In this document: positions 38,853-48,815 of the stretch, piece by piece
Layout of the letters: each line of letters begins with the position of its first letter
How positions within the stretch are numbered: the stretch's first letter is position 1
Virus record (IMG/VR): IMGVR_UViG_3300009183_004450
Length of the DNA: 64,000 nucleotides
Direction: 5' to 3' (one strand)
Source: an uncultured virus (IMG/VR IMGVR_UViG_3300009183_004450)
Taxonomy: Duplodnaviria > Heunggongvirae > Uroviricota > Caudoviricetes
The notes under the pieces: generated by a model
The model's database searches: none
Told to the model about the DNA's origin: nothing
Seen by the model: only the letters and a program-made list of their open reading frames with translations
Made by a program: the position numbers and the translations under genes

Positions 38853-40229
38853 TTAAAGTTTTTCTTCAACTATTTTGATAATTTTTTGATGTTTTTCTAT
38901 AGTCTGAACTATTTCATCCCTCATAATATGATTATCCACAAATAATGGATATCCCAATTGATTTGCTAGTTTATCAATTTGGTTTCTTCTATTCAGTCTT
39001 TCTTCTAGTGTTAATCTGGGATTCTTTTTATTAAACCAAACTTTTGGATCTTTAGATAATATAATATCTTTACTTTCCTTGGCTTCGTTATATACTGGCG
39101 TCCCGGGATCTATTGTCATTGTTCCACCCAAATTTATGTATCTAATTATATTACCGGCTAGATGTTTGTATTTGTGTAGTAAATCTAATGTTTGTTTCCA
39201 ATCCTCTTCAGTTTCTGTAGGATAACCAACAATTATTAGAAAGGTACAAGTAATCCCGTATTTTTGCATATTACTTAAACTTATATCTAAATCTTCGTTG
39301 GTGAATTGTTTACGCATATCGGCACGTAATCTATCGCTTCCGGTTTCCACTCCGATTTGTATAGCATATGCTCCGCTATCGGCAATTTTCTTCCAATAGT
39401 TTTTGCCGCATACCTTGTCGTTCCTGATAATAAATTGACTTGTCCAGCGAAGGTGTGGATACTCTTTTTTAATTTCTATCAGATGATCTAACAATTTGTG
39501 AAATTCTGGCATTACTCCATTGATCAAGCTATCAGTGAAATTTAAATTTCCTTCTGGTATGAACTTTAATATTTGTCTAATTTCTTCGGCTATGTGATCT
39601 GCGGATCTTTGAGAAAATTTCCAGTGTTCATGAATTTCACAAAAAGTACATCTGCGTATACATCCCCTGGATCCAGTTATCGGGATCCACAAGTATTCTC
39701 CTTGTTTGTTTGCCGAACTTTGGTAATAATCTATATCAAAACTACTGTAGTCTGGAAAATACGGAGTGTCAAGATCATTTTTGTCAACAACAACTTCTAA
39801 TTTAAAAAAATCAATTAAGAATTTAGGCCAAGCATATTCACCGTCGCCGTTGTGATAGTAATCAATCAGTTTTGTATCTACTAGATTATTAACGTAGGAC
39901 AAGTCAGTGCTGTTTATTTCATTTTTTATTCCAGGGCCTCCAACAATAATTTTAATTGTGGGATCAATTGATTTTATGTGTCTTGCTACTTGTTTGCTGT
40001 AATCTTGTGAAAGATAAGAAAATAAACTAAATGCAACCAATTTTGGTTTCATATCAGTTACACGTTTTGCCCATTCATACGTATCAATGATCTCCGACGC
40101 CTGCAATTGAGCAAAATCAACAAAATCAGATTTTAAGTTCAACCATTTACATGCTCCTAACAGTATGCCAGGAGCAGCAGGAATATACCACGGCCACATT
40201 GGGGGGAAATTACAGACAACAACATCCAT
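38853..40229 (-). CDS. B12-binding-domain radical SAM protein
   Basis: VGGP..GDGE, SRGCIRRCTFC, GVETGS, GYPTET. Confidence 0.88.
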   Translation of the reverse strand: MDVVVCNFPPMWPWYIPAAPGILLGACKWLNLKSDFVDFAQLQASEIIDTYEWAKRVTDMKPKLVAFSLFSYLSQDYSKQVARHIKSIDPTIKIIVGGPGIKNEINSTDLSYVNNLVDTKLIDYYHNGDGEYAWPKFLIDFFKLEVVVDKNDLDTPYFPDYSSFDIDYYQSSANKQGEYLWIPITGSRGCIRRCTFCEIHEHWKFSQRSADHIAEEIRQILKFIPEGNLNFTDSLINGVMPEFHKLLDHLIEIKKEYPHLRWTSQFIIRNDKVCGKNYWKKIADSGAYAIQIGVETGSDRLRADMRKQFTNEDLDISLSNMQKYGITCTFLIIVGYPTETEEDWKQTLDLLHKYKHLAGNIIRYINLGGTMTIDPGTPVYNEAKESKDIILSKDPKVWFNKKNPRLTLEERLNRRNQIDKLANQLGYPLFVDNHIMRDEIVQTIEKHQKIIKIVEEKL

Positions 40230-40262
40230 GCTGTTACTTATAAACTATAAACAATTAGAAAA

Positions 40263-41699
40263 CTATTTTAGTCCGGCTAACCGCATCATTGAATCCAACT
40301 CTTCACTCACAACCGGTGCATCCATTGTAGTTGCTCCAGTTGACTGCGGTTGTGGAGTTGGTTGAGACGGCGCAGGTTCGGTTGATTGTGCTTGACTCTG
40401 CATTATTTGAATAATCTGATTTGCCAATGACGATTCACCGTTAGAGGCTAACCATCCAGCAAGAGTTCTGCGGGCATCAGCATCAGGTCCTTGGTTGGCA
40501 GAAAGTCTGCGTAATGCCACGCCCAATGACTCATCATCAATTAACCCGCTGAGTGCAGCAATTGCATCTGTTCCGTCGAATCCAACAGCCAACGGAGCTT
40601 GAACTATGGCCAGTAATTCTGTTTCATCGCGATCGTCTGCATCAGCTTCCCAAGTTGCCTCAGTTACATCATTTGCCCAAGATTCAAATTCTTTACTGCC
40701 GGGAGTGTCCATTTTTTGACGATGTTTGTATGCACGATATACATAAGGCAATGCTTCGTTAAATCTATCATCATAAATCTTTTTAACAAAACGTTCACGC
40801 AATGATTCTTCGTCAATCTCTTCACTGGGTTCTTGTTGGATACCCATCATACTCATTAACATTTCATGACCTTTACGGCCTTGGAAACGTTTTAAATGAT
40901 CCTTGACTTCGTTGTATCGATGCATAGCGGCTTCAACCATGCCAGTTGTTTCGGCATCTTCAAATGTACGATTACGCATACTACGTACAAAGTGTTTCAT
41001 GCTGGCCATTTCCTTGACCATTTCGTCAATCAACTTGCTGCCTTCGTCACCAAAGCGACCACCATGACGTAAATGATTAGCAGTAGCACGGGCACCATGT
41101 AAGTTGGTATGATCTAATAGAAAACGTTCACCAATGGGAGTTTCAACAAATACATGTTCAATTTGTCTACCGCGGGCACCGTGACGGTCTGGATCAATTT
41201 GATCACGATGTTTGATAATTAGTTTATGTGTACCAACATCGCCAAAACTCATGTGCTTATTATTGCCATGGCCATATAATTTACTTTCAGCAATAGCAGT
41301 TTCGTCTTTGTCGTAGGTACCGTCTGATTTACTTTGCTGTATCAGATCTTTAAGATCTAAGTTGCTACGAGCAATATCTCTAGTATCAAATGTTAACATG
41401 TTTCGTTTTGCAAAATGTCTAAGATCTCTTAAGAACTGAAACCATTCTTTTTGTTCTTCTTCATCAAGACTGTTACTGATGTTTGAGCTAAAATATATTT
41501 TTAACGCATTCTCATCAATAATACTAATTGTAACATTACCAAAATTTTTACCTTCGCTGCTAATGTAGTCAAAGTTAAAAAATCTAGCTTGTTCGGGGTC
41601 AACGATTCGTTGAGCTTTTTCGTCGCCGATACTTACTGTATCAAAGCGAGCTCTAATTTTTTCAAAGAGTGCATCTGCAATTTTGTCTAGTTCGCGCAT
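40263..41699 (-). CDS. Putative virion (head-associated) protein
   Basis: Late box upstream; C-terminal EELDSMMRLAGLK. Confidence 0.55.
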   Translation of the reverse strand: MRELDKIADALFEKIRARFDTVSIGDEKAQRIVDPEQARFFNFDYISSEGKNFGNVTISIIDENALKIYFSSNISNSLDEEEQKEWFQFLRDLRHFAKRNMLTFDTRDIARSNLDLKDLIQQSKSDGTYDKDETAIAESKLYGHGNNKHMSFGDVGTHKLIIKHRDQIDPDRHGARGRQIEHVFVETPIGERFLLDHTNLHGARATANHLRHGGRFGDEGSKLIDEMVKEMASMKHFVRSMRNRTFEDAETTGMVEAAMHRYNEVKDHLKRFQGRKGHEMLMSMMGIQQEPSEEIDEESLRERFVKKIYDDRFNEALPYVYRAYKHRQKMDTPGSKEFESWANDVTEATWEADADDRDETELLAIVQAPLAVGFDGTDAIAALSGLIDDESLGVALRRLSANQGPDADARRTLAGWLASNGESSLANQIIQIMQSQAQSTEPAPSQPTPQPQSTGATTMDAPVVSEELDSMMRLAGLK

Positions 41700-41705
41700 A
41701 ATGTA

Positions 41706-42269
41706 TTATTTATGGTTAAATTGACCAAAGTAGGTATAACTACTTAGCCGTAAATGCCCTGTTGGGACTTTGTTTAGCATTCCGTGATATTGTCCGGAGT
41801 GATTTAGCATTAAATATCCGGTATTTCGCTTATAAGGGAAAGCGTAGCGTATGTGTTTTCCATCTATATCATGATACCAAACTGTGCCCAAATCGTCCGG
41901 AGATTCTGTCAGATAAACTTGCATAGCCATCAACGGGGTATATCCACGTTCTGCGCCATCTTCGTGTATATTGCAAAAATAGTTTTCGTAATCTAGCCAA
42001 AAACTGCTGTAACAATTCTTATTGTCAAATACTACACCAGTAGCTTTGGCTATTTGATCAAGAGCATTGTTATAATGTTGATCAACTTCAGCAAACAACA
42101 ATTGATTATCTGTTATTAATTTACGACGATTCCACCCCGACTGCATGGGCTGCTCCTCCCACGGGCACGACCATAGATCCAATTGTTCAATATCATACAA
42201 CAACGAGCTAGGTAACAAGTCCTCAACAATAAACAAATCAAGTTGAGAATCAACAGGGGTAATTATCAT
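41706..42269 (-). CDS. 2OG-Fe(II) oxygenase-like
   Basis: HED...MQVYL...HGM...RLS. Confidence 0.7.
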   Translation of the reverse strand: MIITPVDSQLDLFIVEDLLPSSLLYDIEQLDLWSCPWEEQPMQSGWNRRKLITDNQLLFAEVDQHYNNALDQIAKATGVVFDNKNCYSSFWLDYENYFCNIHEDGAERGYTPLMAMQVYLTESPDDLGTVWYHDIDGKHIRYAFPYKRNTGYLMLNHSGQYHGMLNKVPTGHLRLSSYTYFGQFNHK

Positions 42270-43840
42270 ATCATTATAAAAGGCATTGGTGCTATGTAAT
42301 CGTCAATACTGTCACGCATCTTTTCATCCAAGTCTGAATCATAACTTTGTAATGCCTGTATCATTCTCAAAGACAGTAATGTAGCACTAACTAAATCGTC
42401 AGTTTCTCCAATCTTTGCTGCAAATCCTGTGCCGTGAGCAACAAAAGTTTTTAACTCACTGATTAAGTTTTTACTGTTTATAATCATCTTTTTATTTTCA
42501 ATCAAGTTCTTTAGTTTAGCACAAACTGCAAGCTTTGTTTTATTGGTTGTAGTAAACCCTTTTCTATGAATTCTAGCTTGCCCCATTTTAACTGGCTGGC
42601 TTAAGAAGGTACCACGAATATTCTCTTCCCCAATTTCTGATATCACTACCAACGCAGCTTCTCCCAAGGTATTATTTTCTACGCTATAATAGATGTCGTT
42701 TTGTGTACCAATTGTGTCGTATAGGTATTCACAGATTTCTTTAAGTATGGCAATTTGACGTTGTACCGGTGTTTTGTTATTCTGCCACTCGGCTACCTGA
42801 ATCATTGTAGGTAATTCGTACACTTGTATAGCAGAAGGGTCGCCTCCTGTGCCTAAACTGGGATCTAGTCCTACTACATACGTTTTTCCACGTTGAGGTT
42901 TTTGAAACCAACGCACTTGCCCTTGGCGTTCTATAGGATCTTGCCCTTCCATTTCTGATAATCTGATGCTGTTAATTAACGTCTCATCATAAATCAAGAA
43001 TTCACATCCGTGTTCGCGTCTAAAACGCTCTTCACCAATACGACCCATTTCTTCTTGCTTCCATTGTTCATCACGATCTGGGTGTTCGTGCCAGGCACTT
43101 TGATATGCTTTAAATCCGTTAATACCAACGTTAGTAGGATTACCAAAACTGTCAACACATTTATTTGCTTGTTTCCAGATATAAGCAAATTGATCTTCAT
43201 CTGAGTTTGGTGTTGATGTAATAATTGCTTTACCACCAGTGCTTAGTGTAGGAGATATACTGGTCCAGAATTCTTTGGCAATAGTGGGGCGAACGAACGC
43301 AAATTCATCGCAATAGAGTAACGTAATTGACATACCACGACCAGTTGTTTCTGTAGTTGTTTGACTTACTATACGACTTCCGTTTTCAAAATCAATTGAT
43401 CCTTTGTTATAACTGGTAACACCTGCACGTATAAAGTCCGGACATAATTCGTATGCATAACGTACACGCTGCATAATCTCTTGTGCGCCAGTGTACTTGT
43501 GTGCAGCAATAAGTATTGTTGAATCAGGTTGAAACATTGCGAACCATAATAGGTAGCCAGCGGCACTTGTGGTCTTACCGGTTTGTCGTGGCATCAATGA
43601 GATACTGAATCTATTAAAATGATAAGAATCTATAAGACGTTCTTGATACTCAAATGGATGATACAACATTTTACCCTTTGTTGGGTGTTGTATATAAAAG
43701 TAGTTGTCCATGAAGTATCTAGGCCCAGTTACCGGGTCTGCACACTTGACAAATTCTCCTATTTCATACTCAGTAAAGTTGACTTTCTGATAAGGACTCT
43801 TTATAATAGAAGTTTCAATTGGTCTTTTTTGTTTTTCCAT
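42266..43840 (-). CDS. gp17: Terminase large subunit
   Basis: PRQTGKTT, YCDEFAF, TSTPN, GLDPS, DDLV. Confidence 0.95.
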   Translation of the reverse strand: MEKQKRPIETSIIKSPYQKVNFTEYEIGEFVKCADPVTGPRYFMDNYFYIQHPTKGKMLYHPFEYQERLIDSYHFNRFSISLMPRQTGKTTSAAGYLLWFAMFQPDSTILIAAHKYTGAQEIMQRVRYAYELCPDFIRAGVTSYNKGSIDFENGSRIVSQTTTETTGRGMSITLLYCDEFAFVRPTIAKEFWTSISPTLSTGGKAIITSTPNSDEDQFAYIWKQANKCVDSFGNPTNVGINGFKAYQSAWHEHPDRDEQWKQEEMGRIGEERFRREHGCEFLIYDETLINSIRLSEMEGQDPIERQGQVRWFQKPQRGKTYVVGLDPSLGTGGDPSAIQVYELPTMIQVAEWQNNKTPVQRQIAILKEICEYLYDTIGTQNDIYYSVENNTLGEAALVVISEIGEENIRGTFLSQPVKMGQARIHRKGFTTTNKTKLAVCAKLKNLIENKKMIINSKNLISELKTFVAHGTGFAAKIGETDDLVSATLLSLRMIQALQSYDSDLDEKMRDSIDDYIAPMPFIMI

Positions 43841-43850
43841 AACAATACTT

Positions 43851-44381
43851 ATGTCACATACTTTACTATTAAACAAAGATTACACACCAATATCAGTGCT
43901 TCCGCTAAGTGTTATACATTGGCAGCACAGTATAAAACTCATGTACCTAGGACGTATTCAAGTTATTGAAACTTACCCAGACTGGATCATACACAGCGAA
44001 AAACTTGCTATCAATGTTCCCAGTGTGGCTATAACCAAAGATTATTTTAACTTTAAACGTCGAGTAAATTTTACACGATACAACATGTATCTACGTGATT
44101 TATATCAATGTCAATACTGTCTAGATACGTTTGATTTTGATGATCTAACAATTGATCATGTGGTGCCAGTAAGCCAAGGTGGTAAAACAGAATGGACCAA
44201 CTGTGTGACCAGTTGCAAAGCTTGTAATTGGCGTAAAGCAGACAAGGCTGTTATGCAGCCTATGCGTAAACCGTATCGTCCGGACTATTGGGCATTGGCT
44301 GCGGCATGGAAGCATAGTCCATTTAGAGTTAAGGATCAGAAGTGGAATCAATACTTGGGCAGGGATCGGGATGCTGCTTAG
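43851..44381 (+). CDS. HNH endonuclease (McrA-like)
   Basis: RDLYQCQYC, TIDHVVP, CKACN. Confidence 0.9.
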   Translation: MSHTLLLNKDYTPISVLPLSVIHWQHSIKLMYLGRIQVIETYPDWIIHSEKLAINVPSVAITKDYFNFKRRVNFTRYNMYLRDLYQCQYCLDTFDFDDLTIDHVVPVSQGGKTEWTNCVTSCKACNWRKADKAVMQPMRKPYRPDYWALAAAWKHSPFRVKDQKWNQYLGRDRDAA

Positions 44382-44587
44382 ATTGGCTGTTCGCCTGTTA
44401 GATAGGGCCGGCTGAACCACAACTTAAACCATTCATCAGTACCAGGGCGAATATCATGTCGTTTCATGAGTTCGCCTTTTTCGTTTCCGGTAACTGAAAT
44501 ATTACTGCCAGCAAAACCCTTGTACTCTTGCATTACTGCACGATTACCAATTCCAGCAAGTTTTTTTAATTCTTCAATGCTGTCCAT
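44378..44587 (-). CDS. Small putative virion protein
   Basis: EELKKLAGI; PGTDEWFKLWF. Confidence 0.6.
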   Translation of the reverse strand: MDSIEELKKLAGIGNRAVMQEYKGFAGSNISVTGNEKGELMKRHDIRPGTDEWFKLWFSRPYLTGEQPI

Positions 44588-44590
44588 AAT

Positions 44591-45034
44591 TTAAGTTTTA
44601 GTGTAAGTTGTTACTGTGTTTTGCCCAGGCTGAATATTCTTTCCTGCCCCTTGGAACCCAACACCTTTATCAACACGAACATTATGTGTTTGTCCGGGCG
44701 TACCCACGGCTCCTGTTGTGTCTTTATATGATGTACGAATTTGTTGCGTAGGGGCCATTTGACCTTTGTAACCTGTTTGTGTCTGTGTTGCCCCGACACT
44801 TGTGTTTGGATCAACTTGATAATCAGCCGACACCGTACCAGCACCTGACTTTGATGTTGAAAAATCTTGTGTTGCTTTAAGATCTAAATTGTCTCCTACT
44901 TTGGTTTGAGCTGAGATTGTTTTTGCTGCTGCATCAACAGTTGCACTTGAGTTATCATCAAAATTTACTGTAGCTGATGTTGGTTGTTCGGCCAGTATAT
45001 CTAAATATTTTCTAAAAAATCTTGGGTCAGACAT
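44591..45034 (-). CDS. Putative internal head protein
   Basis: N-terminus MSDPRFFRKYLDILAE. Confidence 0.55.
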   Translation of the reverse strand: MSDPRFFRKYLDILAEQPTSATVNFDDNSSATVDAAAKTISAQTKVGDNLDLKATQDFSTSKSGAGTVSADYQVDPNTSVGATQTQTGYKGQMAPTQQIRTSYKDTTGAVGTPGQTHNVRVDKGVGFQGAGKNIQPGQNTVTTYTKT

Positions 45035-45076
45035 TAATGTTCTCCGTACGGTACTACTGGACGATCATCGTCCGGA

Positions 45077-45889
45077 TTATTCCCCGGATCCCTTGCATTT
45101 GGCTCGTTTTGCATTTGTAAGTGCTCCAAAGTCTACTTTCCATTCGCCGCCAGCTGGTAATTCTTGTGCGCCAGCTGGGAAAGCAAAAGTAACACCGGCT
45201 TTTTGTTGTATCTGTGCAATACTGGCACGTACCTTGGTCAAATCGTTCCCTTGACCGCCTTCATGTTTGAAATACCATCCGGCCATTTGTTTTGTATTTT
45301 GATTGACAACAATTTTGTAGAATCCTGTAGGCACTACAACACCATTACCAATTTTCTTGTCTGTGGCTGTATCATATACCGCACCAACATAGATATTATA
45401 CGTTTGATTAGTTTGTACTGCCCAGCCACGTATACTAGTTTCAAGTAGTTTCCAGATACCGCGATTCAGTCCACCTAACTGTGGAAACATGTTAGTCATT
45501 AAGAATGATTCATATTCTACTTGTTGATCCCAACTTAGATCGCCGTCTGGTGCAGCATGACCCTTATCATATCCTGTACCAGCATAATCGTCGGGGCGAG
45601 GTCCGCCGGGAACACTAGCATCTGCTACAAACGCATTTGTTCTTGGCCAGCAGCCTAATGCGTTTGCTGGAGTCAATGTGTATGTTACATAGTTAGGAAT
45701 CTTGGCAGCAGCATCGTAACCTACAAAGTATGCACGACGGCAAATAGGTGTTACAGATTTGCCTGCTACCTGCGGGAACCCATATGGGTTATGTACTTGG
45801 CATTTTTCTACTGCTAAAGGAGCTGTTTGATCCCAAGCAAACGCTGAACTACTTGCTGCTAATAATACGATCAAAAACCATTTTTTCAT
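45077..45889 (-). CDS. DNA/RNA non-specific endonuclease (NucA family) with signal peptide
   Basis: YDKGH, TNMFPQ, LNRGIW; MKKWFLIVLLAASSSAFA leader. Confidence 0.9.
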   Translation of the reverse strand: MKKWFLIVLLAASSSAFAWDQTAPLAVEKCQVHNPYGFPQVAGKSVTPICRRAYFVGYDAAAKIPNYVTYTLTPANALGCWPRTNAFVADASVPGGPRPDDYAGTGYDKGHAAPDGDLSWDQQVEYESFLMTNMFPQLGGLNRGIWKLLETSIRGWAVQTNQTYNIYVGAVYDTATDKKIGNGVVVPTGFYKIVVNQNTKQMAGWYFKHEGGQGNDLTKVRASIAQIQQKAGVTFAFPAGAQELPAGGEWKVDFGALTNAKRAKCKGSGE

Positions 45890-45894
45890 TTTGA

Positions 45895-46380
45895 TTACTT
45901 TCTAATAAATTTTTTGATTCTATCTAATTCTGCATCATCTTCTTCTTTAAGACTGTAAGCATTACTATCATCTGGTTTGAGAGTAATATTGTCTGGGTTT
46001 GTATCTTGTTGATATCTTTGTTTAAATTGTGCTTCTCTTTCTGGAGATCCTGCTGCAGCAGAGGCTTTTGTAGCAAATCTATTTGCTAGATCATCATCTT
46101 CTTTCCCACCTACTGCTACCCAATTAGGTTGATCGTCATATGATTGAGCTTGTGAGTGTCCGTATTGCAAACTTCTTCTTGATTGATCTAGTGTTGCCCA
46201 ACGGTTATAATCAGCATCATCTTTTGAAGTTGTTGGTTGTGTAGTTTGCTGTGTGGGTGTTGGTTGTTGTGTTGGTGGTGTAGGCTGAGCAGGTTTTATT
46301 GGTTGTGTACCTTGCACAGGCTGCACAGGAGCCTCGCCGATAATGTCTAAATACTGTCTAAAAAATTTAGGATCGCTCAT
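45895..46380 (-). CDS. Putative internal head protein
   Basis: N-terminus MSDPKFFRQYLDIIGE; P/Q/T-rich. Confidence 0.55.
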   Translation of the reverse strand: MSDPKFFRQYLDIIGEAPVQPVQGTQPIKPAQPTPPTQQPTPTQQTTQPTTSKDDADYNRWATLDQSRRSLQYGHSQAQSYDDQPNWVAVGGKEDDDLANRFATKASAAAGSPEREAQFKQRYQQDTNPDNITLKPDDSNAYSLKEEDDAELDRIKKFIRK

Positions 46381-46889
46381 TACCAAGCTCTACATGACCA
46401 ATATCTAGCACTTGTGCGTGGACCCGGATTGGCACAATTGTGTCTTGCTCTAAAACTCTTACGACGTTTAGGATTACTCTTTTTAATTTTCATGTTAGGA
46501 TCGCCAAAGTTAACTTTAACTACATTACCTTTTGCATTCTTAACATAAACTTTAGATTTTTTAACATCGCCTGCCATTGGCTTACCAAGGGACACTTTAC
46601 GTCCTTGATATTCAGCTTCGTCGATATCTCTATCGTTGCCGCCGTGTATAGGGCTTGTACTGTCAATGGCAACAGGCATGTTTGAGTCCTCAGTGAGGTA
46701 TCCTACATGTTCTAGAATCTGTAATATTGTTTCATCTGCTTCAATTAATATACCATCCTCTAGTATACCAATAACTGTAGTTTCTAGTACAATTTCTTCC
46801 CTGGCAATTTCTAACTCAAATACATCACCAGTGCTCGGAAATTCTTCCATAAGCTCAGTTTCTAATAGGTATTCTTTAAAAGATTTCAT
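46380..46889 (-). CDS. Putative internal head protein with a basic C-terminal domain
   Basis: MKSFKEYLLE; RRKSFRARHNC...ARYWSCRAW. Confidence 0.6.
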   Translation of the reverse strand: MKSFKEYLLETELMEEFPSTGDVFELEIAREEIVLETTVIGILEDGILIEADETILQILEHVGYLTEDSNMPVAIDSTSPIHGGNDRDIDEAEYQGRKVSLGKPMAGDVKKSKVYVKNAKGNVVKVNFGDPNMKIKKSNPKRRKSFRARHNCANPGPRTSARYWSCRAW

Positions 46890-48814
46890 TATTTTCCCTT
46901 AGGTGGCATCATGTTTCGCTTGTCGCCTGGCGGATATTGACTGTCAGGAGGCGGCATTGTTGCACCTTTTGGAGGTGTAACCATCTTGCCAGTCTTTTCA
47001 TCCCGGTATGGCTGTTCGGCTTTTAGCACATCAGTCATTTCTTCACGGAACAATATGCTATCTAGCAGATCTTGTAGTTCTTCATCCAAGGATATGTCTT
47101 CGCCTACCAATGGGTTATCACCTGTGAAACCGGCCACTGGATGCTGTGCTTTTTCACGATTTAAATCGTCGCCTTGACGAATGATACTATCTATAGTTTG
47201 GTATTCTCGTTCCGGACTGTTGGCGTATTCTTCGTCCATCATTTCTTCTTCAGGCGCACCACCAACTACAATAACTTCGGGTTCTGTCATGCCCATGCTG
47301 TTATCATTGTCATGTGGTCTCATGCCGGCCATCTTTAGCATTTGCAATAGTGCATCAGCACGATCGCCTTGTGCAGAGATGTTTACACTCTTGGTACCGT
47401 TACTGCTCATGTTAGTGCTGACATTCATGGAATCTTTTTGTTCCATGTCCATGTCACCACATTCAACTACTTGGCTTTCGCTTAGTCCGGCTAAACGTGC
47501 TAGTTCTGTTAGTTCATGATCGGCACCAGGCATGTTCAGCATGTCTGCTTGTCTACCGTAACCATGCATTTGCATTTCGTCAGCAAATCTATTACTAATC
47601 CATTGATAAGGATCGCCGTCACGGGCTTTAGCAACACCATATGGCATTTCGCCGTTGTCTGAATAATAGTCGTATAGTGCATCATATAGATCACTGTCTA
47701 AATCATTTCCGGCCAAGAAGTTCTTGGTTTCATGTTTGAACTTTTTAACAATATGCTCAAGTGTACTACCAGCTTCTAACATAATGCTTTCACTTACTTT
47801 AGGTTTGTTCATTGGTCGGCCACTTAGACGCATTAATTCACTTAGTTCGTTATCTTCTTCTAACTCTTCTTCCATAGTAACAGAAGGCGGCGGTGGTGGA
47901 GTAGTTTCTGGTTCTGAGGTTGGTGTAGTAGATTTACTTGCCATTGCTGCAGCAGCATTTGATCCCGAATCAACTGCCGGAGCTGGAGCCACTGCAGGTG
48001 CTGCTGGTGGGTTACTTGCCCCAAATGTACTCTTGACTTTATTTCCTACTGCACTAGCAAAATCTCCAAAACTGTCATAACTTTTTGTTGCTTGATTTTG
48101 TTGCCCATATGGGGTTCTTTTTGCAATTACATCATCGGAATCTCTGGAGATATTAGTTTCTTGACCAAATCCGCCTGTTACTGCAGGACCACCTTGTGTA
48201 GGTGGATTAACTGATGCAGGATTTGCTGCGGTTGGTCCACCACTGGTTGTGATTGGTAGTGCTCGTGATGCTGAACTTGTAGCAGCATCAGGTGCCGCAT
48301 TTGTGGCAGCACCAAATTGCGGAACATTGGCTTGTGGGGCAATGCCTAGTGCATTAGGTTGTGGTGCTGGTGTTGGCTTTTCAGCAGGTCCAGTTTGCAT
48401 ACCTGGGACATTGGCTTGTGGTGCAATACCTAACGCATTAGTTTGCGGTGCTGGTGTTGGATCTACAGCAGGAGTTGCTGTTGTAGGCTTTGCACCGCCT
48501 GCTGCACCAGGTAAGAAATCTGCATTGGTTTTACCACCGGCAGTTTGATCACCTTGTGGTGCTTTTGCTTGGTTGGCAACAAATGCAGCATTGGCAGATT
48601 TAACAGCTGATTTATAATTAGGAGCAGCCGGCTTATTAACTACTGGCTTTCCTGCTGTCACTGGCTTTCCTGATGATAGATCAGGCGCAACTTTCTTAAC
48701 ATCAGCGTCTGATGCCATCTTGGGTATACGATTATCTGTTGTGCCTGTTGGGACACCAGCATAACCACCTACACCAGGTGCTTCAAATAATTTTAAAAGT
48801 TTTCTCATTGTCAT
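46889..48814 (-). CDS. Low-complexity putative virion protein
   Basis: A/P/T-rich, duplicated PTPAPQxNALGIAPQANVP, three LxxL(A/S)G-type motifs. Confidence 0.6.
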   Translation of the reverse strand: MTMRKLLKLFEAPGVGGYAGVPTGTTDNRIPKMASDADVKKVAPDLSSGKPVTAGKPVVNKPAAPNYKSAVKSANAAFVANQAKAPQGDQTAGGKTNADFLPGAAGGAKPTTATPAVDPTPAPQTNALGIAPQANVPGMQTGPAEKPTPAPQPNALGIAPQANVPQFGAATNAAPDAATSSASRALPITTSGGPTAANPASVNPPTQGGPAVTGGFGQETNISRDSDDVIAKRTPYGQQNQATKSYDSFGDFASAVGNKVKSTFGASNPPAAPAVAPAPAVDSGSNAAAAMASKSTTPTSEPETTPPPPPSVTMEEELEEDNELSELMRLSGRPMNKPKVSESIMLEAGSTLEHIVKKFKHETKNFLAGNDLDSDLYDALYDYYSDNGEMPYGVAKARDGDPYQWISNRFADEMQMHGYGRQADMLNMPGADHELTELARLAGLSESQVVECGDMDMEQKDSMNVSTNMSSNGTKSVNISAQGDRADALLQMLKMAGMRPHDNDNSMGMTEPEVIVVGGAPEEEMMDEEYANSPEREYQTIDSIIRQGDDLNREKAQHPVAGFTGDNPLVGEDISLDEELQDLLDSILFREEMTDVLKAEQPYRDEKTGKMVTPPKGATMPPPDSQYPPGDKRNMMPPKGK

Positions 48815-48815
48815 T

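Noticed and set aside
42266..43840. Intein or intron in the terminase (also checked uvsX and uvsW)
   Set aside because: Lengths and motif spacing are normal
45035..45076. Short palindromes GGACGATCATCGTCC and CCGTACGG
   Set aside because: Single occurrence, no U tract, no supportable function
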